The position numbers and the translations under genes are program-made. The notes below the pieces were generated by a model. That model was not told the origin of the DNA, ran no database searches, and saw only the letters and a program-made list of their open reading frames with translations. From an uncultured Nitrososphaerota archaeon (GTDB lineage Archaea > Thermoproteota > Nitrososphaeria > Nitrososphaerales > CADDZS01), in the NCBI GenBank assembly GCA_963799845.1, contig CAWCYI010000004.1, positions 1,856,001 through 1,920,000 on the forward strand: 64,000 nt of DNA. Direction: 5' to 3'. Below, in pieces: positions 50,658-60,832 of the stretch (positions are counted from its first letter, which is position 1; each line of letters begins with the position of its first letter).

Positions 50658-50675
50658 GCAACGACATAGCGTTGC
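50658..50675. promoter_or_regulatory. Candidate Mo/W-locus operator
   Basis: GCAAC-N8-GTTGC just upstream of TATA-like CTTATTAG; a second copy lies at 52002-52019. Confidence 0.55.
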
Positions 50676-50693
50676 ACCCTGCTTATTAGTTGC

Positions 50694-51509
50694 TTGACGT
50701 TACACACTCGACCTAGCATTGGTCATCCCGAAATGAACTGGCTCAGAGTAATCTCCTACACTGTTCTGACTCTGCTGATAATTCCGATTCTGGTTTTGCT
50801 CTACGAAGGTTTTGGCCCGATGAGGACACCCTCCGGTTACAGCTCCGGGGTTTTCAGATCGATTGAGCTCACACTGCTTGGCTCCACAATTGCAGTCCTG
50901 ATTGCGGTAGCACTCTACACGCCACTCGCATATTACTTTGCAAGAAATGAAAGCACCGTCACTCAGGGGATTGCCGACATACCTGCCTCGATTCCGCACC
51001 CAATTGTGGGAATTGCGCTCCTAATCTTGGTGAGCCCGCTCACTCCTCTGGGAAGATTTCTGGTCTCCATCGGCTTTGATGTGTTCAATACTTTGTTGGG
51101 ATACGTGATATGCCTGGTAATCGTTACGGCCCCGATTTATATCAAGGCGATGATGCCGTTCTTCGAATCGATGAACAGATCAGCTGAAAACTATGCTTCA
51201 GGTCTCGGGGCTTCTCAGCTGCGAAGGTTCGTTTCGGTTGTTCTGCCAAATTCGGGAAGGGGGATACTATCTGCTTCCCTGATCTCCATGAGCAGGGGGT
51301 TGAGCGAATATGGATCTATCGCGATAATTGCGTACGAGCTCTTGAGCCGGCCGTTCTATGGAGTCAGTCCAATTTCCGTCTTCATTGTTAATGAATACGA
51401 AGCTGCAAATCTCGGAGCCGCGGTAACCACTTCTGCCGTAATGATTGTTATTTCGTTCGCGATCATGTTCGCGTTCAGAGTGGTCCAGCGTCCGATTACT
51501 AGGACGTGA
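50694..51509 (+). CDS. Molybdate/tungstate ABC permease (ModB/WtpB-like)
   Basis: PLAYYFAR, DIPASIPHPIVGIALL, EAA-like ASGLGAS, RGLSEYG. Confidence 0.88.
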   Translation: MTLHTRPSIGHPEMNWLRVISYTVLTLLIIPILVLLYEGFGPMRTPSGYSSGVFRSIELTLLGSTIAVLIAVALYTPLAYYFARNESTVTQGIADIPASIPHPIVGIALLILVSPLTPLGRFLVSIGFDVFNTLLGYVICLVIVTAPIYIKAMMPFFESMNRSAENYASGLGASQLRRFVSVVLPNSGRGILSASLISMSRGLSEYGSIAIIAYELLSRPFYGVSPISVFIVNEYEAANLGAAVTTSAVMIVISFAIMFAFRVVQRPITRT

Positions 51510-51549
51510 CGGACAATGCTTCATACTACTTTGGAGTTCGTGAGTCTGG

Positions 51550-51840
51550 TTGACAGTTTCTAGAATGAAAGGCAGCCTATTCAACCAAAAACAATGGAAG
51601 ATCCTGGAGCTCCGAGCTCGCGGATTTACTCAGTTAGAGACTGCAAAAAAGCTTGGGACATCCAGGGCAAACGTTTCGATGATCGAATGGCGCGCAAGAA
51701 GGAAATTGGATAAGGCCCGAGCTACCATCCAAGTCTACGAAAATTTGCAATCCTCCCGTAGGGTCTCGGTCGATAGGGTAACCAAGCTGAAATCCCCGTG
51801 ATAGTCCTGCACGAAGGCGACAGGCGTCCCATTCATGGCA
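51550..51840 (+). pseudogene. tfx: Tfx-family DNA-binding protein, truncated/frameshifted
   Basis: LRARGFTQLETAKKLGTSRANVSMIE; continues IPVIVLHEGDR out of frame, then breaks. Confidence 0.75.
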
Positions 51841-52001
51841 AGAACTGTATTTTTTGAAAGATCAAGAAAAAATTTTGAAGAGAAAAAAAGCGGGGAAATC
51901 GTCTATGAACAATGTACGATCGCCTAACTGTCTTAACTCTACTCTAGTTGAATCTGAGTTAAGATTTCAGATTGGTTCCAGCGCTCGTCTAAAGCGGCTA
52001 A

Positions 52002-52019
52002 GCAACAAGGTAACGTTGC
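52002..52019. promoter_or_regulatory. Candidate Mo/W-locus operator
   Basis: GCAAC-AAGGTAAC-GTTGC, 6 bp upstream of TTTAAAT. Confidence 0.55.
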
Positions 52020-52077
52020 GTCCCGTTTAAATCAAACAATTATTCCCAAAATTGGCTCAACGAGTTCTCAAAAAGAC

Positions 52078-53274
52078 ATGAATCATAATGCTAGACTAGT
52101 CAGAAGATCAGGAAGTTCATTTGGCAATTCATCGAGAGGCATCGCAACTACGGTTGTCGTTCTCGTCGTCATCGTAATTATATTGATCGCGGGTGTGGCT
52201 TACCTTGCCGTATCTCCGACGAAGACGGTAACTTCAGTCGTAACGCAAACATCAACTGCAACATCTGTGGTTTCCTCTACAGTTACATCTACAGCGACGA
52301 CTACAAGCATTTTCGCAAATCCATTGTTGTTGTACTCCGCTGATTCGCAAGTAAACGAGTCGGGAGTTCTTGAAGCCGCCTTCACAGCTCAGACTGGAAC
52401 CCCGATGGCGACGCCAGTGAGTGCAGGTTCTGGGGCTTTGGCTGCGGACATTTCGGCGGGCGATCCTGTCAGTGTGTTCCTTTCAATTTCCCACAGCTCA
52501 GTCGGACAGGGAGACCTTGGTGCCGAGTACCCAGGTTGGGCGATAGCTTTCGCCGGCGACCAGTTCGACATCGCGTACTCTGCCTCAACTTCTCAAACTG
52601 CGGGAGGCAAAGCAGTTTTAGCAGCCTACGCGACCGCAAGTACAACAAACACAACCGGGGCCTGGTACGACTTTTTCAATAATCTGACCTCGGGCCAGGT
52701 TAAAGTCGGAATCTCAAACCCGGTTGCGGATCCCGCGGGCTACAGAGGTTGGTTGAGCATGGAATTAGCAGGAATAGCCTACGATGGTGGAATAGCCAAC
52801 GAGCAGTACTTTGTCAACAGGATGCTCACAAATCAGGCGAACGTTACAGGGCCGAGCGCAGCAGCACTAGTACCGTCACTTCAAACAGGACAAATTCAGT
52901 TTCTCTTCTACTACAGATCTGCCATTGTATCGGGAGGGCTGAGTCTAATACAACTCGCTAATCCAACAAATCTTGGGGAAAGCGCTGACAACACATTCTA
53001 CGGTCAGGCGAATTACACCCTTCCCACCGAGGTCCAGACGGGTTCCGCCATTACACTCTGGATCACGGTGCCAGAGGATAGTACCGACCCAGCCGATTCG
53101 GTTAGATTCGTAGTCTTCGTAATCCAGAATTATGCGAATCTCTTGAAAAACTTTGAACTAACGCCTTTCAGCCCAGCACACCTGTATAATGATACGGCGA
53201 CCAGCGCACCGACTCCAATAGTAGCACTGCTCAACGCAGGGACTCTAGTGGAAAAAGGTCCTGTCGGTTCGTAA
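52078..53274 (+). CDS. Molybdate/tungstate-binding protein (WtpA/ModA-like)
   Basis: TM anchor plus T-rich linker; AGS, SNPVADPAGYRG, FYYRSA motifs. Confidence 0.82.
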   Translation: MNHNARLVRRSGSSFGNSSRGIATTVVVLVVIVIILIAGVAYLAVSPTKTVTSVVTQTSTATSVVSSTVTSTATTTSIFANPLLLYSADSQVNESGVLEAAFTAQTGTPMATPVSAGSGALAADISAGDPVSVFLSISHSSVGQGDLGAEYPGWAIAFAGDQFDIAYSASTSQTAGGKAVLAAYATASTTNTTGAWYDFFNNLTSGQVKVGISNPVADPAGYRGWLSMELAGIAYDGGIANEQYFVNRMLTNQANVTGPSAAALVPSLQTGQIQFLFYYRSAIVSGGLSLIQLANPTNLGESADNTFYGQANYTLPTEVQTGSAITLWITVPEDSTDPADSVRFVVFVIQNYANLLKNFELTPFSPAHLYNDTATSAPTPIVALLNAGTLVEKGPVGS

Positions 53275-53326
53275 TCGATGCACGGATTATCGAGCAGGAT
53301 TTTCCCATTTCAGTAAGGAAGTAAGA

Positions 53327-53539
53327 TTACTTGCTGATCATTACTTCAGTAGCTTTTACAACAGCTTGAACTTCGTCGCCAACCTTCAAGTTCATCTCTT
53401 CGATGGAATCTGCCGTAATCACTGATGTTACCTTTGCGGGAAGCATAAGCTCGATTTCAACTGAACCCACAATTGAGCCCTTCTTGATCTTAGTTATCTT
53501 GCCTTTGATCTGATTTCTTGCGCTGAGTTTGGATGTCAT
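53327..53539 (-). CDS. mop: Molbindin (Mop/TOBE domain)
   Basis: LSARNQIKG...SVITADS...L..G..V.AVVKATEV. Confidence 0.92.
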   Translation of the reverse strand: MTSKLSARNQIKGKITKIKKGSIVGSVEIELMLPAKVTSVITADSIEEMNLKVGDEVQAVVKATEVMISK

Positions 53540-53716
53540 TATAGATTATGCACTTTAATAATTAGGCCGGGTTTGATTAATGTATCTTATTATGTGGCAC
53601 CTAGTCTTTGCGAATAATTCAAGACTTTGAAACTTGTAGAACGGTAGATCAAATAAATGAAGCAAACGAATAACCCTAAATTCAAGTAACATGACCATAG
53701 GAAGCTGAATCATTGC

Positions 53717-54181
53717 ATGGAGCGGAGAATAATTCAGAAACAAGAAGCGACCGAGCAAAGATTCTCAATACCGAAATCCTTCGGATTCTTGACAGAGAAG
53801 CAGTACCGCGTTCTGGCTTTGAGATCGAAAGGGTATACTCAACTAGAAATTGCCAACGAGCTGCATACATCAAGAGCAAATGTCTCCATGCTCGAAGGGA
53901 GAGCAAAAAAGCAAGTCGAGAAAGCAAAGGAAACTCTGAGAGTGTTCGATCTATCTCAAACTCAACACATAGTCGCGATCGAACCTGGCACGCGATTGCA
54001 GAAGGTCCCGATGATCGTCTTACTCGAAGCTGACAAATTTCAAACCCACCTGCAAAGTAACATGGTCGAGATCCTGAAAATGGTCAAGAAGCAAAAACCG
54101 GATTCATGGTCACCGGATGGAAAAACGATTGAAGAGATAGTTTTCAACTTTAATGAAAGGGGAAAACTTTCTCTAAAGTAA
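53717..54181 (+). CDS. tfx: Tfx-family DNA-binding protein
   Basis: GFLTEKQYRVLALRSKGYTQLEIANELHTSRANVSMLE...KAKETL. Confidence 0.9.
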   Translation: MERRIIQKQEATEQRFSIPKSFGFLTEKQYRVLALRSKGYTQLEIANELHTSRANVSMLEGRAKKQVEKAKETLRVFDLSQTQHIVAIEPGTRLQKVPMIVLLEADKFQTHLQSNMVEILKMVKKQKPDSWSPDGKTIEEIVFNFNERGKLSLK

Positions 54182-54183
54182 GT

Positions 54184-54981
54184 CTACTCTCTTACCTTTG
54201 ACCAACCGACTGCGAGGTTAATTCCTCCAATTGTGAGTCCTCCGTCCATAACTATGCAAGCACCAGTGAGGAATGGACTTTTCATTGAAAGGAGATGACC
54301 GATCAATTCTGCAATTTCATCGGGTGCGCCCATTCTTCCGACAGGTGTGATTTTGGGGATCGCAGACATTGCTTCCTGGGGCTGAATAACCGATGACACA
54401 AAGCCGGGGAGAATCGCATTTACCTTCACGTACGGCGCGAGGCTTACTGCACAAGACTTTGTCAGTCCTATCATGCCCGCCTTCGCGGAGCAGTACGCCG
54501 GCCCGCAGTCGCCAGTAATTCCACAAACTGAGGAGATGTTAATTACGTGGCCGCTCTTCCTAGCGAGCATACGGGGCGTCAGATACCGCGTGCAGAGGAA
54601 TGCCCCGGTAAGATTAGCACCAATAACAAGATTCCAATCGCCTAAATTTGCGTTCTCAACCGATGGATCGTCTTTCGCACCGCCGTCACCGCCTGCATTG
54701 TTTACCAGAAAGTCAACGTCGCCTAATTCTGCAAAGGCTGTTTCTGCTATATCTTTCACCTGGCCTTCCTTTGACACATCGCAGGGAAGCAAGACTACTT
54801 TCCGACCTAGGGTCTCGATTTCGCCCTTTGTTTTGTTTGCAGCTTCTTGGCTTCGCCAATAATTCAATCCAATGTCCGCCCCGAGTTTTGCTAGCTCGAG
54901 GGCAATCGAGCGGCCTATACCTCGACCAGCTCCGGTAACGAGAACAGATTTGTCGTTTAGAGGAAAATATTGTTCGGGCAA
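54184..54981 (-). CDS. SDR oxidoreductase (FabG-like)
   Basis: TGAGRGIG, NNAG, YCSAK. Confidence 0.92.
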   Translation of the reverse strand: MPEQYFPLNDKSVLVTGAGRGIGRSIALELAKLGADIGLNYWRSQEAANKTKGEIETLGRKVVLLPCDVSKEGQVKDIAETAFAELGDVDFLVNNAGGDGGAKDDPSVENANLGDWNLVIGANLTGAFLCTRYLTPRMLARKSGHVINISSVCGITGDCGPAYCSAKAGMIGLTKSCAVSLAPYVKVNAILPGFVSSVIQPQEAMSAIPKITPVGRMGAPDEIAELIGHLLSMKSPFLTGACIVMDGGLTIGGINLAVGWSKVRE

Positions 54982-55122
54982 TTTTAGAATCTAGATGTAC
55001 GAGAAATGCCTCAATTAAAAGTACTTATCGCGACCGAGAATCCAGTAGATTATGGCTTTATTCAGGATAGAAAAAGAGATTAAGATCCCGAGAGAAACGA
55101 AAACACATCTAAGTGGTGGAAA

Positions 55123-55461
55123 ATGAACTCCGACCAGTCATGGAAAATCATAGATTCGAACCTTCCGAAACTCGTTAGTCTTATGATAACTGTCCAGAAA
55201 GGGAGCTCGGTAGATGTCTTCTGCGATCAATCGGGAAAGAATCTTTCTTTCTCAAAGCCATCGACCGATGCGAATATCAGGCTCTGCTCTGTAAGCGCTC
55301 CAGATCTCGTTGGCAGTTACGGCGTACATCAAGAGGGAAATTCTTTCGTCGATGACGATGGCGGAAAAATTCCAAATGATCAACTGGCAGCATATCTTAC
55401 GGAGTACATTACCAAAATGAAGAACGAAGGCAATGAATGGGGCTGGGAATTCAAGGTTTGA
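55123..55461 (+). CDS. Hypothetical protein
   Basis: 112-aa ORF with ATG start and protein-like composition. Confidence 0.55.
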   Translation: MNSDQSWKIIDSNLPKLVSLMITVQKGSSVDVFCDQSGKNLSFSKPSTDANIRLCSVSAPDLVGSYGVHQEGNSFVDDDGGKIPNDQLAAYLTEYITKMKNEGNEWGWEFKV

Positions 55462-55595
55462 TGATTAATTTATCGCGGATCCTTGACCTCATCACACATT
55501 GAGAACCACTGTAAACTTGTTGCAGTTTCAAAATACATGTTGCCGCTTAAGCCAATCGTATTTTAAACCCAAGCGATAGCCTTGAGCCGTCGCCC

Positions 55596-57113
55596 TTGCC
55601 CGACAGTGCACCAATTCCTCCCAACGGCGACCGGGCGAGAAATATAGTTCAGGGAATGGGATCGCTTGCTCTTCAAAACGTCGCAACCAGCGGCCTTGGA
55701 TTTGTTTTTCTCGTTGCGATTATCCGATTGCTTCCGGGGTTGGTCCAATATGGAATTTACAGCGCCGTTCTTGTAACCGTAGGCATAGCATCTACGGTTG
55801 CCGGCTTTGGACTGAGCCTAGCGGCGACCAGATTTGTCGCGTTACTCTGGAATGACAGCGAACAAACCTCCTGGGTTGTTGCCCGCAAGACTGTTTTACT
55901 TTCCCTAGTTCTTACGAGCGTTACAACCGCATTTTATCTAGCAATTTCTCCCCTGCTTTCAATTTATTTTACGAAATCGACCAGCTGGACCTGGGCTTTC
56001 CTGCTGGGTGGAGCTTGGATATTCTCCGTTTCAATATCCAATACCTTTCAGGGAATTTTGCAGGGATTGAAAAAGTATGTTCAACTCGCGAAGATTATTT
56101 TTGTGACCCGGCTGGTCATGGTTGTGGCTTCAACTGCAATCCTTTACTTCGATCGAACCATCGCGGTACCTCTTCTCGCGTGGGTACTGTTCTACTCTCT
56201 GATCATTCTTTGGATCTTTACGATTGTCGGGAGGAAGCTCACGACTGCAACCGGGTCATTCAGTTATTCAACAATCTTACGTTACGCTATGCCGTTAGGC
56301 GTCGCTGGAATCATAGCGGTTTTCGCCACCTCGTCAGATAGCGTAATTGTCGGCGGATATCTCAACCCATCCTCCCTTGGAATATACCAAGCGGCAATCA
56401 GCATATCGGGAGTCCTTGGCGTCGTTGCCCTAACTCCTTTGACCACGGCCCTTTTGCCGGAGATTTCGAGCTCACAAAGCCACGGAGATGTTTCTTACGG
56501 TATCAGGCTTGCGTTCAGATTTGCTACGCTCGCGGTCCTGCCAGTCTCCCTATTTGTAGCGAGCGTTCCATCACAACTGCTGGGGCTATTCACAACTGGT
56601 GGAGGGTACCTCGCGGGATCGCTGACCCTTGAACTCATAGCGATATTCTACGTGTTCATCGCGATCCAAATGATACTTCTCGTACTGCTCCAGGCAGTCG
56701 GGAGGACCTTGCAGGTCATCGTTGTCGGCGTGGTCACCGCCGCTACAGACATCGGGGTCGCGATAATATTGGTGCCGCACTTCGGTCTGGCCGGCGCGGT
56801 TACAAGCAAGGTAGCTGTGTCCCTTGACGGTACATTCGTATCGATCTATTTGACCAGAATTTACCTAAAAAATCTGGACAAGTCTTCCTTTTACGTGAAG
56901 GGCACGGTCGCAGCTTTGATACCTTTCGTTATCATACTCGCGCTTTCATTCTTCCTTTCTTCAAGGATCATCACATTGATACCGTACGCCCTTTTGTACG
57001 CGCTGTTATTTCTGGTCTGCGTCAGGTGGCTTCGACTGATCTCGCCCGAAGATCGCACGTTCCTGCGGCACACGCTCCCAGGCTCGTTGCAGAAGGTCGC
57101 AGACTATATCTGA
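55596..57113 (+). CDS. Oligosaccharide flippase (MOP/Wzx-like)
   Basis: About 12-14 TM; YGIYS, GLSLAATRFVA, LGIYQAA, LVPHFGLAGA. Confidence 0.85.
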   Translation: MPDSAPIPPNGDRARNIVQGMGSLALQNVATSGLGFVFLVAIIRLLPGLVQYGIYSAVLVTVGIASTVAGFGLSLAATRFVALLWNDSEQTSWVVARKTVLLSLVLTSVTTAFYLAISPLLSIYFTKSTSWTWAFLLGGAWIFSVSISNTFQGILQGLKKYVQLAKIIFVTRLVMVVASTAILYFDRTIAVPLLAWVLFYSLIILWIFTIVGRKLTTATGSFSYSTILRYAMPLGVAGIIAVFATSSDSVIVGGYLNPSSLGIYQAAISISGVLGVVALTPLTTALLPEISSSQSHGDVSYGIRLAFRFATLAVLPVSLFVASVPSQLLGLFTTGGGYLAGSLTLELIAIFYVFIAIQMILLVLLQAVGRTLQVIVVGVVTAATDIGVAIILVPHFGLAGAVTSKVAVSLDGTFVSIYLTRIYLKNLDKSSFYVKGTVAALIPFVIILALSFFLSSRIITLIPYALLYALLFLVCVRWLRLISPEDRTFLRHTLPGSLQKVADYI

Positions 57114-57193
57114 TCAAGAAAATAAATCTCCTGAGGGGATTCTAAGGTAACGGGCGTGAATTTACGTGGTTTCATGATGCATGAAAGTTGTAA

Positions 57194-57646
57194 CTAGCCC
57201 GAAATGTATGTGCAGACGGTGCTGTTCCAGATGGCTAGTGCGCCAGTCAGAGTGCCGTTGTAATTCGCTGTGGTGGTTGTTACAGATCCTACCGCCTGCG
57301 TTATCGAAGTTGTGGTCTGGTATGTTTGGACATCATAGCTCTGTGTTGAGGTCCCGTAGGAGGTAGTAGTGTTTCCTATTGACGCGATCATCCAGACATG
57401 GTATTCCGTAAGGATGCAACGCATGCTCAACCCCTGAGGGAAAGCGGTTGTATTGGTGCCTTGGGGGAGAGTCGTCGTTAAGGTGTAAGTGCTGATTGCA
57501 GTCTCGGTCGTAGTATTACTTTCGGTGTAAGTACTCATTATGGTCTCGGTTATGGTGCTAGTGGCAGGAGTATGCCCGAAGTAGCCAATCCCAGCACCTA
57601 CGACCAGGGCTGTTACTATCAGGATTGAGGCGATTTGCCGCTTCAT
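57194..57646 (-). CDS. Thr-rich membrane-anchored protein
   Basis: N-terminal TM plus T-rich domain. Confidence 0.6.
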   Translation of the reverse strand: MKRQIASILIVTALVVGAGIGYFGHTPATSTITETIMSTYTESNTTTETAISTYTLTTTLPQGTNTTAFPQGLSMRCILTEYHVWMIASIGNTTTSYGTSTQSYDVQTYQTTTSITQAVGSVTTTTANYNGTLTGALAIWNSTVCTYISG

Positions 57647-57811
57647 TAGTGTCCTAGACCGCTGACTATCCTTTAAGATTCTTCCTTATTTTCAAAATTA
57701 GCCTCGCAGGATTTCAACCTTGGAGCAGTGAGCCGTTCCTCCCGTCATAAAAAGTCAAGCGGAGCGGCGGGACCCATTTCACCAGGATGCAGGGATGTTC
57801 GAGACTTTCAA

Positions 57812-59011
57812 TCAGTTAGATTGTGATCGTTGAGGAGATTCCTGCCAAGGTGCCAATGATTCCAGTGCTAACTGAAAGTCCTCGATGATATCTTCCGGCG
57901 ACTCGATTCCCACGGACAGACGAATTAAGCCGTCGGTGATCCCGAGTCTGTGCCTGTCTTCGGAAGACATTCCGGAATGAGCCGTTGTTGCCGGAGTCGT
58001 TATCAGGGTCTCCACCCCTCCCAGGCTTGGGGCTGCTATCGGAATTGTAACACTCTTTATGAAACGGATTGCTGCGTCTGTCCCTCCCCTGAGCTCAAAA
58101 CTTATCATTCCGCTGTAGCCGTCAAAGAGTTCGCTGGCACGCTTATGCTGCGGATGGCTGTCCAGTCCGGGGTAGTTCACCTTCTCGACTGCCTTGCTAC
58201 TTTCGAGGAACCTGGCTATCTTTAGAGCACTCTCGTTGTGCTGCCGCATCCTCAACGCAAGTGTCTTCATCCCTCGGTGAAGCAAGAAACATGCGTGGGG
58301 ATCAAGACTGCCGCCAAGATGATTTAGGCGGTGCTTGACTTTTCCAATCAAATCCGATTTCCCAATCACCGCGCCGGCTACGATATCCGAATGTCCGTTC
58401 AGGTATTTGGTGCAGCTGTGAAGCGAGAGGTCGTAACCGAATTCGGGAGGACGAAAATTGATCGGGCTCGCGAATGTGTTGTCAATTATGGAGACAATCC
58501 CGTGAGATTTGGCGAATTCGACCACTGCCCTGTGATCTGCCACCTCGAGTAAGGGGTTTGTCATCGACTCGACATAAATTGCCTTGGTGTTTGGCCGGAT
58601 TTTTTCTCCCACGATTCTGGATCGTTGCCATCGATGAAATCGTACGAGATTCCGAATCCCTCAAGATCTTTCGTCACAAAATCATGAGTTCCGCCGTAGA
58701 GGCAATCCTGTGCCAGCAGATGGTCTCCCTTGGTAAGCATCGACAGGAGAGTCGTGGAAACCGCTGCCATCCCGCTTGCAGTAACAAGGGCACCCTCCGC
58801 ACCCTCAAGCGCGGCGAGCTTCTCGTGGAGAGCCAGATGATTTGGGGTGTTGTTCAACCGGATGTATCTCAGATCATCGTCAGCTCTTTGCTCCCATCGT
58901 TTCGAACATTGCCGTTTGAAATATCGGCATGGCGACTGCTCCTAGAATTCTGGGGGAGGGTTCGCCCCAGTGAATTAACTTGGTCTCAATATGTTTGTAA
59001 CTTTTCTCCAA
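57812..59011 (-). CDS. PLP-dependent trans-sulfuration enzyme (cystathionine gamma-synthase/lyase or Met gamma-lyase family); two frameshifts
   Basis: ETKLIH...PIFQT, YIRLNNTP, SGMAA, YGGT, DNTFASP, HSCTKYLNGHSD, SLGGVE, RLSVGIE spread across three frames. Confidence 0.88.
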
Positions 59012-59123
59012 ACTGGTATCGCGTTGGTCATTCTGAACCTCTGTGCTCTATTATGCGTTCCCTCCTTTTCTAGAACCTCCATGAAGATCGTGACAGTACT
59101 CTCGGACCGGGTTATCGCATCTC

Positions 59124-59492
59124 TTGGCTTTCACCTTTAGATTGTCAATATTCTTTTTACCTTCACACATTGCAGTAAAGTCAAAGATTCCCACCTACAT
59201 TGTATTCACGCGGCTGCGTACTCGTAACCCAGAAGAACTCGATCTCTACAGGAAGCAAGCGCCCGTTTTCTTGGCCGGTCACTCTATCAAGTGGCTCGCA
59301 AACTTCGGTCAGTGCGAGGTACTCGAAGGCCCTGGAGTTGAAGGGGTCGGAATCCTCGAGTTTCCGACACGCGTCGAAGCGAAGGCATGGTACGGTAGCC
59401 CCGCCTACCAAGAGCCAATCCAACATCGATTTAGGGGCGGTGATTATAGCGCAGTAATCGTAGAAGGCATAAATCCTGCTCCCACAATGTAA
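59124..59492 (+). CDS. DUF1330-domain protein
   Basis: EVLEG...ILEFPT...AKAWYGSPAYQ. Confidence 0.82.
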   Translation: MAFTFRLSIFFLPSHIAVKSKIPTYIVFTRLRTRNPEELDLYRKQAPVFLAGHSIKWLANFGQCEVLEGPGVEGVGILEFPTRVEAKAWYGSPAYQEPIQHRFRGGDYSAVIVEGINPAPTM

Positions 59493-59495
59493 GAG

Positions 59496-59948
59496 ATGCG
59501 AAGACTCATGAGCACCACAAAAACGGCAAGACTAACCCCTCAACCTCAGGGGCAGCAGTCCGAAGAAGTAATGCACATTTCATCGTTTGCAATAGCAAAG
59601 AAGGGGAATGAGTTGCTCCTGGTAAAGAGGAGTCGACCAGAGTTCACCGCTGGCAAGTGGGTATTTCCCTCTTCCATCATCAACTTCGGAGAACACCCCG
59701 AGTCCGCGGTAAAACGTATAGTCAAAGAGCAGCTCGGAGCGGAGCCAAAAAATGTGAAGTTGCTTGATATTCAGTCTTACGGGGACAAGCACTGGGACCT
59801 GTGCTTTGTCTACGAGGTTTCCATCGACAGCGTTGGAAAAGTTTCACAGGACATCGAGAAAGCGGAGTACTTCGACCGGGGGAAATTGCCATCGGAATTT
59901 CGTTCCGACCATGCAGAAGTTCTCCAGAGCCTGGGCTCCAAAGTTTAG
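59496..59948 (+). CDS. NUDIX hydrolase (degenerate Nudix box)
   Basis: LLLVKR...GKWVFPSSIINFGEHPESAVKRIVKEQLG. Confidence 0.8.
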   Translation: MRRLMSTTKTARLTPQPQGQQSEEVMHISSFAIAKKGNELLLVKRSRPEFTAGKWVFPSSIINFGEHPESAVKRIVKEQLGAEPKNVKLLDIQSYGDKHWDLCFVYEVSIDSVGKVSQDIEKAEYFDRGKLPSEFRSDHAEVLQSLGSKV

Positions 59949-60037
59949 TACCGCTGCCCTACAAGTCCCGACAAAAATTCCTGACGGGATCAACCCCGTT
60001 TGAAAACTGACTATTGACGTAGATGCTGGGGAACAGA

Positions 60038-60778
60038 TCAGCCGCTTGATGGGACATAGGACTCCATAACTGAATCTAGGAGAGCATTTTGAGCCTCAAC
60101 CGATTTGATAGCAGCCTTCAACATATCTCGGCCCGTAATCTCCTCAAATTCGGCTAGGAAGCTCCTCCACGTGGCGGCATGCCTGACATCTGCTTCAATA
60201 TGGGTTTCGAAATAGATAGTCGCATCGGTGGATGTCAATCCATAGAACTTTACCAGTCCATCCAATTTCGAGCGACTAATTTTTGGAAGTTCCCATTCGT
60301 AAGCATACATTGCAGATACAGCTTCTTCAAACGATGAATTTTTCATGATGCTGATAAGCATGGAAACTGCTCTGTTTGTCTTTTCAGATCCGGCGTAGCT
60401 TATGAGCTCCGATCTTGAGACACCAAGCGCGGAGGCAAACTTGACCCAAAGCTCGACATGTTCCCTCTCTTCCTTCTCATGTTGAGCCAAGATATTTTTT
60501 GTACTGGCATTGCCGGTCTTCAAGCCGATCTCACTGACCAAATCTGGAACGACCTTGACAAGTTGGAAATACTCTTTTGCATATCCACATAATTGGTCGA
60601 GTGTCAATTCACCTTGAGTCCACAACTTGTAGAAAGGGTGATTGAGAAGACTATTCCGAGTGATTTCCGATTCGACTTGCTCTGTGATGGACAACAGCAT
60701 CATTCCTTTTTGGATTTGCAAAACGGAGTGATTAAAAAAGTGTTTTGATAGGGAGCTTCCGGTCTTAGTCCCTCGCAC
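60038..60778 (-). CDS. PqqC/TenA/CADD-like heme-oxygenase-fold dimetal protein (start likely ~60702)
   Basis: LLNHPFY..W, EE.EHVELW, YAYE, SKLDGL..FYG, YFETHIEADVRH. Confidence 0.82.
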   Translation of the reverse strand: MRGTKTGSSLSKHFFNHSVLQIQKGMMLLSITEQVESEITRNSLLNHPFYKLWTQGELTLDQLCGYAKEYFQLVKVVPDLVSEIGLKTGNASTKNILAQHEKEEREHVELWVKFASALGVSRSELISYAGSEKTNRAVSMLISIMKNSSFEEAVSAMYAYEWELPKISRSKLDGLVKFYGLTSTDATIYFETHIEADVRHAATWRSFLAEFEEITGRDMLKAAIKSVEAQNALLDSVMESYVPSSG

Positions 60779-60832
60779 TCACTCCCTCGATTATTCGGGA
60801 TGAACGAAAATTGTGACTGCGAAATTAGTCGG

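Noticed and set aside
60038-60778. PQQ biosynthesis cluster
   Set aside because: No pqqA/B/D/E neighbours
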